NCBI RefSeq assembly: GCF_009914755.1
Contig: NC_060925.1
DNA length: 64,000 nucleotides
Strand: one strand, 5' to 3'
Source of the DNA: the human T2T-CHM13v2.0 reference genome, Homo sapiens
Shown here: positions 1 to 11,685 of the stretch, in pieces
Layout of the letters: each line of letters opens with the position of its first letter
How positions within the stretch are numbered: position 1 is the stretch's first letter
The notes under the pieces: generated by a model
Database searches by the model: none
Seen by the model: the letters and a program-made list of their open reading frames with translations, nothing else
What the model was told of the DNA's origin: nothing
Program-made: the position numbers and the translations under genes

Positions 1-90
1 TCCGGCTGCTCCTGGCTAGCCCCAGCGCTTGCCTCAAACTCTTCCAAGAGAAGAAAGAAGAGGGTTATGGGGAGGCAGCCCAGTTTGATG
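1..90 (+). CDS. PADI1: PADI1 exon 13 (5'-truncated by the window edge): (F)[29 protein letters not shown](G)
   Basis: Translation is paralogous to PADI3 exon 13 ([19 protein letters not shown]); donor G|GTGAGT at 90/91, phase 1. Confidence 0.93.
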
Positions 91-629
91 GTGAGTGCCA
101 ATGACCCGGTCACCCCTGGGGGACCCTGCCCTTTCATCACCATCCTTGGGTACAGCCCCTGCACCTGCAGATCTCTCAGCTGGACTCAGAACCCAACACC
201 CACTCTCTGTTTCTTGGGTCCCCAGGTCCTCTGATGGGTGGGGGAGTTCCTGGGCCACACCCCAGGAGAGGAAAGGCACAGGAAGTCATGAGTGCCCCAG
301 GTGCCGGTCAATGCCAGGCATGTTCTTGTTCTCACTCCCCTTTGATCTCTCTCCCCTCTTCCTTATCCCTGTTCACAGAAGTGGAAACTGAGGCTCAGAA
401 AGGTGAATTGGCTTGGCCAGGGCTATGCAGCCAGGGAGCAGCAGGGCTGGGGCCTTGAGAGAGGAAGGAGGAGAAGCCAGGCTTGGTCAGGGCCCCTCTG
501 CAGAGCTTCCTGCAGGAGCTAACAGACCCTCCAAGGGCTTGGTTGGCCCATCTCCCCTCCTTATCACAGCCTCAGTGTTCTCATCTGGGGAATACCTGGG
601 GAATAGAGCATTGGAATGGATGTGGTGCA

Positions 630-850
630 GACATCCACAAGGATAGCCCTGAGTTCAAATCCTGATCTTGGCATTTGCTGGCTGTGGTATCAAGGGTGTG
701 TTCTGAACCTCTCAGTGCCTCAGTTTCCTCTTCTCTGAGTTGTAGATGATAATTAATCCCTCCTATAGTTGCTTTAAATATTAATAATACATTAAGTAGG
801 ATGCCCAGAGCATGGCAGACATTCAATAATGGTAGCTGTGCCATAATTAT
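630..850 (+). mobile_element. MIR SINE (one of many MIR fragments in the window)
   Basis: MIR core CTCTCAGTGCCTCAGTTTCCTC and GAGTTCAAATCCTG. Confidence 0.7.
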
Positions 851-1084
851 TAGGCTCCAAGTCCAGAGTCACTTCCTGAGGGGTTCCTTATCCATCACCA
901 GGTTTTCCTTGCAGCCATGGCTTGGTCCCTTCAGGGGTTCTCAGTCTCTGGCTTTCTCTGTCCTGGCTTCTGACCCTGGCACTGAGGTAGGAGGGAAATC
1001 CTGGCCTGGATTATGTAGCCCCAGGCTGAAGACGGCCTCCAGGCAGTGCTCCCTGAGCTATGTACTGTCTTTCTCTTCTTGCAG

Positions 1085-1164
1085 GGTTAAAACACCAGGC
1101 AAAAAGAAGCATTAATGAGATGCTGGCAGACAGACACCTCCAGAGAGACAATCTTCATGCACAG
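1085..1164 (+). CDS. PADI1: PADI1 exon 14: GLKHQAKRSINEMLADRHLQRDNLHAQ
   Basis: Pyrimidine tract plus TTGCAG acceptor; CAG|GTGAGA donor; 80 bp, the same length as PADI3 exon 14; phases fit. Confidence 0.93.
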
Positions 1165-2015
1165 GTGAGAGGCAGGACCACCAGCTGCTCTAAGGGGTCC
1201 TTTCCCTTCCAGGGAGAAGAAGCCCCAGGAACTGGGTTGGGTCAGAGATTCAGCGCTGGAGCTCTCATGGTCCTGGGGGCTGCTGGGGCCTGCAGGTGGG
1301 ATAGAGCCTCTGCCTTCAGGAACCCACAGTCTGATGGAAGAGACAGAGCCATGCCCTCAGAGAGCTCCCAGCCTAATGAGGGAGACCCGGCCCCACGCTG
1401 GGGCAATGACCTATTTTCACAGAAGCAAATCTGAGCCTCTCATCTGAGAAGTCTGGTGAAATGCGAGAGACACGGTGGGGAAATAGGACCTTGCGGGGCC
1501 CAGAGGTGGGGTGGGTAAGATTCAGGGGGATCCTGTGGGAACAGGTGAAGCAAGGTGTCAGGAAGGGGCAGGGCTCACCCCAAGGATAAAAAATGCCTGC
1601 CCCATGCAAGGCGAAGGGGCTAGCACAGAGTCGGTGCTCAGTTAATGGCAGGAGGGCCCTTACCCCTTCCCGGTAGTGCCCAGCGCTTTCTCCTAAGCTG
1701 CTGAGAAGGGACAGGAGCATCAGCCATGCTGTGGCTGGGGCTGGGACAGTGTGTTGTGCTGACAAGAACATTTGCATCCAGAAACTGCCTGGGTTCGAAC
1801 CCCAGCTTTGGCACATCCTAGCCTTGTGCACTTGAGCAGGTTGCCTGAGCCTCAGTTTCCCCCGGACAGCAATGGTTTCTATTGCACAAAGCTGTTGTGA
1901 GGCTTGAAGGAGCTAGCGGGCCCAGAGGGCTCCACACGGGCCCAGCGCACAGTAGGTGCTTGGCCAGTGTTATGCTCTTCCTAGTCCTGGGCTGCCCAGC
2001 TGCCTCCTTCCCCAG

Positions 2016-2141
2016 AAATGCATTGACTGGAACCGTAATGTGCTGAAGCGGGAGCTGGGCCTGGCAGAGAGTGACATCGTGGACATTCCCCAGCTCTTCT
2101 TCCTGAAAAACTTCTACGCGGAAGCCTTCTTCCCAGACATG
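2016..2141 (+). CDS. PADI1: PADI1 exon 15: [42 protein letters not shown]
   Basis: CCCAG acceptor, ATG|GTGAGA donor, 126 bp; PAD family motif CIDWNR..LKRELGL. Confidence 0.96.
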
Positions 2142-2288
2142 GTGAGAGCCCTTGTGCAGGGTCCTGCTGGGGGGTCTGCGGGGCTCTGAGAAGAAGCACT
2201 CCCTGGCCCAGGGCAGGCTGGTGCAGAGGCTGGAGGGCCCTGCGGACCTCTCCAGTGTCTGTTTTTGTGAATATAGAGAACATTCCCA

Positions 2289-2428
2289 TCAGTGGCTCTC
2301 AACCAGGGCAATTTTGCCCCCAGGGGATTTTTGTTGCCGCAGTGAGGTGCATGCCCCTGGCATCTGGTGGGTAGAAGCCAGGGATTTCACTAAACATCCT
2401 ACAGAGCATAGGATGCCCCGCCACAAAG
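2289..2428 (+). mobile_element. MER20 (hAT-Charlie) fragment
   Basis: CAGTGGCTCTCAACCAGGGCAATTTTGCCCCCAGGGGA...GGCATCTGGTGGGTAGAAGCCAGGGAT...TAAACATCCTACA. Confidence 0.75.
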
Positions 2429-2832
2429 CACTTTTTTTTTTCTCACCCAGATGGAAAAAGAAAGCGTGGTTTGGTTCCAAGTGTTTCAGGCTTCTGTCTC
2501 TGGGTCTCAGCTGCCTGCTGTGTTCCCCACCACAGCCCCTCGCTTGCTGCTCCCCAGTGGGGGTCCTGTGTCAGGCGGGGCAGGTGGGGTGGGCGGTGGC
2601 CTCGCTGACTCTCATTAACAGGGCAGCTGACAAGGAGATGAGCAGATGTGATCTCAACTGGGAAGGGCCTGAGCGATGCTATCGGGGTGGGCCTGGCCCA
2701 AGTGCCCATTAACCTCTTGGGAAAGGATGTTGGGGTGTTGGCAGCTGGCAGGGATGGTCCCCCGGGATGGGGATAGACCCTCTTTCTTCAGACTGCGGTC
2801 TTTAGCTTGAATCCCTCTCTTGGGACAAGCCG

Positions 2833-3224
2833 AGGGTTGGAAGTGAATGTCGGAATCGGGATGGAATCAGGGTTGGAAGTGAATGTCGGAATCGGGATGG
2901 AATCAGGGTTGGAAGTGAAAGTCGGAATCGGGATGGAATCAGGGTTGGAAGTGAATGTCAGAATCGGGATGGAATCAGGGTTGGAAGTGAATGTCGGAAT
3001 CGGGATGGAATCAGGGTTGGAAGTGAATGTCGGAATCGGGATGGAATCAGGGTTGGAAGTGAATGTCGGAATCGGGATGGAATCAGGGTTGGAAGTGAAT
3101 GTCGGAATCGGGATGGAATCAGGGTTGCAAGTGAATGTCGGAATCGGCATGGAATCAGGGTTGGAAGTGAATGTCGGAATCGGCATGGAATCAGGGTTGG
3201 AAGTGAATGTCGGAATCAGGATGC
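2833..3224. repeat. 36-bp minisatellite (VNTR), ~10.9 copies, unit AGGGTTGGAAGTGAATGTCGGAATCGGGATGGAATC, in PADI1 intron 15
   Basis: Units start at 2833, 2869, 2905 ... 3121, 3157, 3193; few substitutions. Confidence 0.97.
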
Positions 3225-3310
3225 AGGTTGCAGGAGGTGGGGAGGGTCAGTGTGCTTTCCTGACTCCTCATGGGGAGATTCCAGCCTCTAGGTCCTGGCA
3301 GAGACCCCCA

Positions 3311-3505
3311 AGCAGGATTTCTCGACTCTGTAGCTCTACTTCTGTTTTAGGCTGGATAAGCCTTTGTTGTAGATGCTGTACAGTGCCTCGCAGGATGCTT
3401 AGCGGCCTCCCTGGTCTCTACCCACTAGATGCCAATAGCACTCTCCCAGATGTGACAACCAAAAATGCCCTAGTGGACAAAATGGACCCTGATTGAGAAC
3501 CACGG
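3311..3505 (-). mobile_element. MER20, opposite orientation
   Basis: CTCTACCCACTAGATGCCAATAGCAC...TGTGACAACCAAAAATG...TTGAGAACCAC. Confidence 0.75.
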
Positions 3506-3513
3506 CTTGAAGG

Positions 3514-3703
3514 CAGTGTTGTCTGTTAGAACATTCTGTGCTGATGAAAATGTTCCATATCGGTACAATACAGTCCAGTAGCCACTCAGCTACCACCTGA
3601 AATGTGGCTAGTGTCAATGAAGAACAGAAATTGTAACTTTATGTAAGTTTAATTTTAATTTAAACAACTGCATGTGGCCAGTGGCTACTGTGGTGGACAG
3701 CAA
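3514..3703. mobile_element. MER3-like hAT MITE
   Basis: TAGAACATTCTGTGCTGATGAAAATGTTC...TGAAATGTGGCTAGTG...CATGTGGCCAGTGGCTACTG. Confidence 0.65.
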
Positions 3704-4778
3704 AGCTCTAAGGGACTGCTGAGCTCTGGTTCTGGCTGAAGGTGGGGGGGAGGGCCTAGGCTGGAGCGTGTGTGTCTGTGGTCTGGCCTCCATCTGCCGG
3801 AAGCCCCTGACTGTGGGTCATCCTGTGGGGATTCCCTAGCTTCGTTCCAGGCTCTGCTGAAGGATCCCAGCTTGTCTTCACTGGAGGGTCCCATAGGGAA
3901 CACCCAGTTAACCCCTTGGTTTGTCATATGGGGAAACTGAGGCTTAGAAGGAGAGTGGGTCATGTGTCTGAGGTCACACAGTGAGCGAGTGGCGGAGTTG
4001 GGACCAGCCCCCAATCCCATGACTCCTCCTTTAGGAGGAAGCAGAGGCCTGGCTGGCTCTGGCCCTGGTCCTGGTCCTGGTCCTGGCTCTTTTCTCCTCT
4101 TTCTGCCCTTTGCCCCCTGCATGCCCCACCCCCACTCCCACCCCAGCATGTTCTGGCCCATTAGTGGGCAAAGAGGTAGTTCAGGGCCAAGGCCAGGGGA
4201 CTGACCTCACGGGACCCTCCAGCTTTATGTTGGTCCCTGCCATGGATGAGGGTGGGGCAGACTTGAGGGTGGGGGGCAGAGCACGGAGAGTTTGAGGGCA
4301 GAGTCCAGGACAGGCTCACCTCAAACTCAAGACAGCCCAGAGCCGCCCTCTAGAGAGAAGGTCCGGAGTCCCCTTTGAACACCAAGGGTCACCCCTTATG
4401 ACCTCTTGCCATCAACCTGGGCTGAGATTTCCTCTAAGAAACCCCCATACCACAGCATGGGGGAGAATTCCCATCCCCAGATTAGGGCCCCAAGCCAGGT
4501 CCGCAACCAAGGGAAGGAGAGGTGCCCCCAGAGTTAAACTCAAGTGTCCCCAAAGGCTTTCAGCCCTTTCCCCCAACTCCTCAGTCCCACAGGTGGCCAG
4601 ATAAAAAGCATGGATTTTGGCACCAGCCAGATCCAAGTCCAAATGTCAGTCTCATCATTCTCTGGCTGTATGATTATGTGACCTAACCTGTCTGAGCCAC
4701 AGCTTCAGAGGGAGGCTGTGGCATTTAGTGATGATATATCTGGCACATAAAAGATGCTCAATAAATGCTAACAATGAT

Positions 4779-5030
4779 CAGGGCTGCCAAAGACAGTTAA
4801 GCAAGCTGTGCACAGCAAAAGCACACCACACTTTGGAAGACATCCACACCACAGACCTTGTAGGTGTGTATATTTGTTGTACAAGTTTCTGGCAGATGAC
4901 ACGAAAATCTCTTGTTCTAACAAAGTTGCTATAATATGACAATTTTCTCATAGATGAAAGAAAGAGTGGGAGAAGTTTTTTTTTGTTTTTTGTTTTTGTT
5001 TTTTAATGTACAAAATTCCTGGTAGCCCTG
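4779..5030. mobile_element. hAT-Tip100-type MITE (MER91/Zaphod-like)
   Basis: Terminal inverted repeats CAGGGCTGCCA ... TGGTAGCCCTG (1 mismatch). Confidence 0.55.
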
Positions 5031-5244
5031 GCTGTTATTCAACCTCATTTCCAACCCTGAATCTTTTTCTCCTCTGCTTTCATAGGCCCTAACTCTTGAG
5101 CAAACTCCAGTCCTAGAGCCCTTTCTAGGCTGTGGCTATGGCCAACCCATTCCCCAGGGCCTGTCTCATTCTGGCAAGGAAGGGGTGCCAGAAGCACAGC
5201 ACTTACAGCCAGACAGCCTCCCTCTTGCCTTTTCTCTTTTGCAG

Positions 5245-5478
5245 GTTAACATGGTGGTCTTAGGCAAGTACCTGGGCATCCCCAAGCCCTACGGGCCCAT
5301 CATCAATGGCCGCTGCTGCCTGGAGGAGAAGGTGCAGTCCCTGCTGGAGCCTCTGGGCCTGCACTGCATCTTCATTGATGACTACTTGTCCTACCACGAG
5401 CTGCAGGGGGAGATCCACTGTGGCACCAACGTGCGCAGGAAGCCCTTTCCCTTCAAATGGTGGAACATGGTGCCCTGA
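5245..5478 (+). CDS. PADI1: PADI1 exon 16 coding part, VNMVVLGK...[23 protein letters not shown], including the catalytic Cys (TGT 5419-5421)
   Basis: TTTTGCAG acceptor; PAD C-terminal motif HCGTNV; TGA at 5476-5478. Confidence 0.96.
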   Translation, partial: VNMVVLGKYLGIPKPYGPIINGRCCLEEKVQSLLEPLGLHCIFIDDYLSYHELQGEIHCGTNVRRKPFPFKWWNMVP

Positions 5479-7240
5479 GCCTGCCCCCACCCGCCATCCT
5501 CTCTGCCCTCTTGCTAGGGAACCCTGCCAGGGTGAAGGCAAGGAACAACCACCTGGCCTCCATTCTCTTGGGGGAGTCTTGGCACTTTGCAAACATCCTG
5601 GCCACCATGGGCACCAGGACACAGGGATGGATACCACCTACCCTCGCCTCTGGAATGGCCTACCCAACCCGAGAAGAATGCACCTCATTCTTCCCTGGCC
5701 TCTTTCCCACCCACAGCCCCCAGAGGCTCTAGATCAACAATGTTAGCATGTTCCAGAATGGCTGTGGGAGGCCTAGGGAGATGGGCCCCACTTAGAATTG
5801 CTCCCCCTTCATTCTGATGCCTCCCTGGGGAACAAGGATAATGACTTTGCATCTGCACCTGGAACGGGGCCTGGGGGACCTGGGGTCTGGTGTGCCAGGC
5901 ACCAGGCTGCCTCTGCTCTTGGAAAACTAGGAAAGGGGATCAGAAACATCCTCTCCCCGCTCTAGGTTTCTTCTCCCAAAGGGGACCCAAGGCTGTGACA
6001 CTTACCTCCACCCCCATCCAGCACCCTTCAGCTGTGTGTGGACAAACAAGGACAGAAAAACCCAGTGTCCAAGGGCCAATTTAAATAGAAAAAAAGACAA
6101 CAAAATTTTAATAGCTGACTCCGACCTCAGAAGAGTGATTGCTACCTTTCTGGAAAGACTTTAATTACCAGAGCTGGCTTCTCCCAGCTCAGAAATGCTG
6201 AGAAGCCAACGTGAGGCCTGAGGACACACAAAGGATGACGGGGCAGGAGGGGATGAGGTCAGGGTAGCAGAGTGTGTGACGACGGATTTGGGGGCCTAGA
6301 GGTGTCCGTGGTTCCTGGGCTGGGATTTTGGACTCTGGATTTGAAGGGAGCTGGAGCTTCCAGATGTAGCAGGGGTAGGGGGCCAGATGTTAGAAGAGGG
6401 TGTGTGTGTTGGGAGGAAATTAGGTTATCTCTGAAGGTGGAGTTTAATTTCCTTTAATAGTCTTTAATTATTCCCCTTCATTCTGCAGGCAGTGGGAGGG
6501 GAAGGCTTGCCCGGTCTCTCTCAGCAACCCAGGGACCCTGCACATAGCTTAGGTTTCATCCCTGAATAAACCGCTGTGCAGGCCCATGTCCCCTCCCACA
6601 GTAGGGAAGACAGCTGCCACGGGAGGTTAATAGCCCGGAGTGAGGTCACTGAGACATGCACAGGCAGGCTGGTTCAGCTGGGCTGCAGGGCACGGGCAGG
6701 AGGAAGCCAGCCTACCCTCTTCCCCCACTGCCAGTGAGGCCATTGTAGGGCAGTTGGCCCTAGGGCTTCGGTCCATCTAGGTTTTCAGTGGCCCCTGCTG
6801 AGACCTCACACTGAGCCAACTACTGTCACTGTTTTAACCAACAAAAGCTAGCCTGGAACTGCTATGGTTAAAGTGGGTGAGCGGGAACCTGAAAATCCCC
6901 TTCTGGAAGGTTCTACAGAACTCTATTTGCAAGCTCCTGCTTTAACCTGAGCGTCCTCTGCTCAGGATCATACCCCAGCCTGCACTGAGTCAAGAAGGAG
7001 AAGGAGGCTCTGAAGGGGCCGGGGGTGTGAGCTGGGGTTGGGACTCCCCTGAGAAAGAGCTGTGGGTAGGAAGGGAGTGAGCATTGCAGAGATAGGGCTG
7101 GGGGTCGGGGCCACACTGAGTGTGGGAAGCTCTGGAGTTGCTGCTGGGCCATCGAGGGGCCCTGGTGTTGGCTCTGAGAATGTTCTGGGTGACCAGTCAC
7201 CTACTTTCTGATCAATAAAAATGTCGACATGCATTTCTTA
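5479..7240 (+). other. PADI1: PADI1 3' UTR (~1.75 kb; end approximate)
   Basis: Follows the stop codon; AATAAA at 7214-7219 is followed by a GU-rich stretch (~7259-7278). Confidence 0.75.
7214..7219 (+). terminator. PADI1: PADI1 distal polyadenylation signal
   Basis: AATAAA with downstream TGTTTGTTGGGTTGG. Confidence 0.75.
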
Positions 7241-7669
7241 CAGGGCTGTCTACCCAGCCTGTTTGTTGGGTTGGGGAGGAGGGGAGGAAAGCGGAGAAGA
7301 CTGCTTCCAGTTCCATCCACTATGAAGCTGCTTGGCTCAATTTCTGCTGCCACAGGCGGCCCCTGCTCAGCTAGGAGAGCCTCACAGTGCCACGGCCAGT
7401 GCCACGGCCAGTGCCAGGCAGGCTGATTCAGCAGGATGGCTGGCACATTGCCTCTTGCTCTGGGGCTGATGGCCCTGCTAAGATGGAGATCAGATCAGGG
7501 GAGGGATGGGTCCTGCCTCTTCATCTCTCCTCTCTTCCTTCAGCATCCCCTCCATCTCTCAGGGACAACAGGTCGGGGAGGCAGCCCGGGCCCTATTAAC
7601 AGAGGTGAGAGTTCCCCAGCAGGGCTGGTTCCCAGGGCCACAGGCCACTACAGTTCCCTTTCTGGTTTT

Positions 7670-8039
<370 letters not shown>

Positions 8040-9145
8040 TGATTTTGGATGCCTGAAATCATCACCCTCTCATCCTACACATTTGCTGCTGCCTCAAATT
8101 ACACCGTTTGATACTCACTCACTTTATTTTAGCTTTTGTTGTGGAGTAAGAGGGCAAAAAGTTGCTGCCTATTAGTCACTGACACTTTAGTCTGAATTAA
8201 CCACAAACCTGTTTCTAAAAGTTGGTATTAACAGAGGAGAAGTGAAGGCATGAGTCTCCTTCCAAAGACATATACAGTTCTCCGAGAAAGAGGCAGGTAG
8301 TGGGCCAGCACCCCAGGGAAAGCCCCTACTTTCTGCATCTATTCCCCATCTGTGCTCACAAGAAGGCTAGGGAGACTAAGGCTTCCTCCTGAGCTCGAAC
8401 TCTTACCCAGGGCTCCCAAGGCTGACTCAGCCATCAAGCCATTCCACAGCTGAAAAAAGTGAAGCTGTCCCTTGACCCAGAAGCCCAGCAGTTCTCCTTG
8501 AAAAGAACATCTTTCCCAAAAACTGAGACATGGGAATGACAATCTCAGGGTCCTGTTGAGGCCCTTGAACTGGTGCAGATGTCCCAGCTGGAGATGCTGG
8601 GGAGCGGGTCCTGGTCCCCATCCTGTCTCAGGCTGTCAGCACTGCCAGGGAGAAGGGAGGAAACCTCTATTCAGCACCTCCTGAGCCTCCGCCAGGCAGG
8701 GTGCGTCTTCACTATTATCTCCGCCAGGGCCAGTGATTAGCTGCATTTTCTACAGATGAGGAAACCGAGTCTCCAAGAGGGGGGACACTGACACCCAAGG
8801 CCCTATAGTGGGTGCACGGTGGAGCCTGCCTCTGAACCCAAGACTTCTCTCCCCAGAGCCCTTGCTCCTGCTCTTCCAGGAGCCTGAATGCCCCTCTGAC
8901 TTCGGTTTCCCACCTGACGACTGAGCTTTCCTACTCTGACATGCCAAGCTCCCCCTGGCTGGAGAGAGTTCTCACCCTCATCATTTACCGCTTTCAGAGG
9001 TTTTTGGGACCTAATAACAGCAACAATAGTAATACAATAACGCCAAGCTCCATACCAGAGCTCTACCAACGCTGGCCCCTGAGGCCTCACAGCAACCATT
9101 TTTCAGACGAGAAAAGTGAGGCACGAACAATTAAGAAAGTTGCCC

Positions 9146-9957
<812 letters not shown>

Positions 9958-10199
9958 TCACCAGCTTCCCCAGCAGAGTAAGAAAGCTCCCCATTATAGT
10001 CTCTGAAAATGCAGAAAATGGAGGTGAGGAAGCAAGAAGCGTCCGAGATCAATATCATATATCTCTGCACCCCCTCAACAGCACCTGCCCCCAACAGTTC
10101 CTGGTGCCTAGCCAGGTACCTGTGGGGACTTGCTTCCCAAGAAATTAACTTCCTGGGTGCCGGGGTCGGGACAACAGGTTCGTATACAAATACTGGGTC

Positions 10200-10373
10200 C
10201 CTTCCAGCCAATCCTGAGCTCTCAGCTCTGGGAAGGGGCTGGGCTTTCATGACTGGAGCCAATGAATTGGCACCCTGGGCTGGAGGGGTGGGGCCAGGGG
10301 CTTTTAAACCTCATCCTAAGGGGCCTCAGGGGCAGTGTTGGGGTTGGCGGCCACAGCTAAGTCCAACACCAGC
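10200..10373 (+). promoter_or_regulatory. PADI3: PADI3 proximal promoter/5' UTR: CCAAT boxes (10208-10212, 10259-10263), Sp/KLF GT-box GGGGTGGGGC (10285-10294), TATA-like TTTTAAA (10302-10308); TSS expected near 10334
   Basis: Motifs read directly upstream of the ATG; consistent with my recollection of NF-Y and Sp1/Sp3 regulation of PADI3 in keratinocytes. Confidence 0.8.
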
Positions 10374-10465
10374 ATGTCGCTGCAGCGAATCGTGCGTGTG
10401 TCCCTGGAGCATCCCACCAGCGCGGTGTGTGTGGCTGGCGTGGAGACCCTCGTGGACATTTATGG
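10374..10465 (+). CDS. PADI3: PADI3 exon 1: [31 protein letters not shown]
   Basis: AGCATGT start; GG|GTAAGA donor, phase 2. Confidence 0.96.
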
Positions 10466-10889
10466 GTAAGAGTCAGAGGCCTAGTGGTTTGCAGGCCCTT
10501 GGTGCTGATGCCCTTGGACCTTCCTCCCTGCAGGCTGGGCAGGGCTTCTTCAGGGCCCACTCCCCAGCCTTGGCCTCGGAACAGCAGCCAATCAGGGAAG
10601 CTTGGGTCCTCCTCTTGCTCTACTGAGTTTCCTGAAGACCTTAGCCAGGGAATTTGAAGTTTGGGAGGCTGAGCCAGGTAGAAGAGGCTTCAGTGACTGA
10701 GCTCCAGACCGGGGGCTTGGAGGGGGCTGGTGCCGCGAAGAGATGGCACTTTTCTATGTCCAAGGGATGCTGCAGGTTGGGCTGAGGATCTGTCTGGGGC
10801 ACACAAGAATAGGAACAGGCAGATATCCCCAGCCCCATCCTGAGCCTATGAGCCTAGAAACAGAGCATGAATCATTTTTAAAAAATAAG

Positions 10890-11130
10890 TTAATACATAG
10901 CACTTACCATGTGCCAGGCACTATTCTAAGAGCTTCACAAGTCTCTTGAGTTAAGTTTTGAACTTTAATCTTGAATTTAACCCTTACAACAACCCTGTGA
11001 GCTAGGCTTATTATTAGCATCATCTCATCAGACAAATGAGAAAACCGAGGCAGAGAGGGCAAGCCATTCGCTCAAGTCACACAGTTACTAAGTGGCAAAG
11101 CCAGGGTTTAAACCCGCTTGTGGTCTTACT
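10890..11130 (-). mobile_element. MIR
   Basis: GCACTTACCATGTGCCAGGCACTATTCTAAG...AACAACCCTGTGAG...AAACCGAGGCAGAGAG. Confidence 0.75.
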
Positions 11131-11477
11131 CAGGAGTCTTATGGTTTTAGCTGCTCTGATACTTGGAAAATAAAGATTTCCAACCTGGTTTCCTCTAGAC
11201 ACTCAATGCCCATGCATTATGCTCCTACTGTGTGCCAGGTCATGCCTTTGAGGCCCATGGTAGAGGGAGGTAAGGCCTTATCTTCTCTCTCTTAGGAAGA
11301 AAAGAGGGTTAGGGTAGGGTTTTAAGAGCTGGGCTCTGGGGACCACCAGGGAGCTGGCTTCTTAGGCTTTTGGGGAGACTCCAGGGTCCTGGCTTGGAGG
11401 TAATCAGGATACTGGGAGGGGAGGGTGCAGAACTGTGGGACAGCTCCCACCTCTCAAGTCTCCCAGCCCTCTCCTCA

Positions 11478-11685
11478 GGCCAGGTTTCTCAACCTCAGCA
11501 CTGCTGTCACGATACCTCTTTGTCATGGGGGCCACCCTGTGCACTGTAGGATGGAGAGCAGCATTCTGGGCCTCTCTTTGCTAGATACCAGCAGCACACT
11601 CCCGAGTTGTGACAACCAAAAATGTCCCCAGACATTGCCAAATGTGCCCTGGGGTGGGAAGAAAATAGCCCACCCATTGAGAACG
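11478..11685 (-). mobile_element. MER20
   Basis: TTTCTCAACCTCAGCACT...GTGACAACCAAAAATGTCCCCAGACATTGCCAAATGT...TTGAGAAC. Confidence 0.8.

Noticed and set aside
2833-3224. CRISPR-like array (36-bp repeats)
   Set aside because: Repeats are head-to-tail with no unique spacers, there are no cas genes, and the context is human.
2788-3496. 229-aa (+) and 132-aa (-) ORFs with 12-aa repeats (GLEVNVGIGMES / PDSIPIPTFTSN)
   Set aside because: They arise because the 36-bp VNTR unit is a multiple of 3 and lacks stops; they are intronic and lack promoter or splice support.
5260-5637. Similar antisense ORFs over exon 16 of PADI1 and PADI3 (44002-44427)
   Set aside because: Shadow ORFs caused by GC-rich codon usage on the opposite strand of paralogous exons.
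10009-10626. 205-aa ORF across the PADI3 promoter and exon 1
   Set aside because: It starts upstream of the expected TSS, is out of frame with PAD3, runs into intron 1 and has no recognisable homology.
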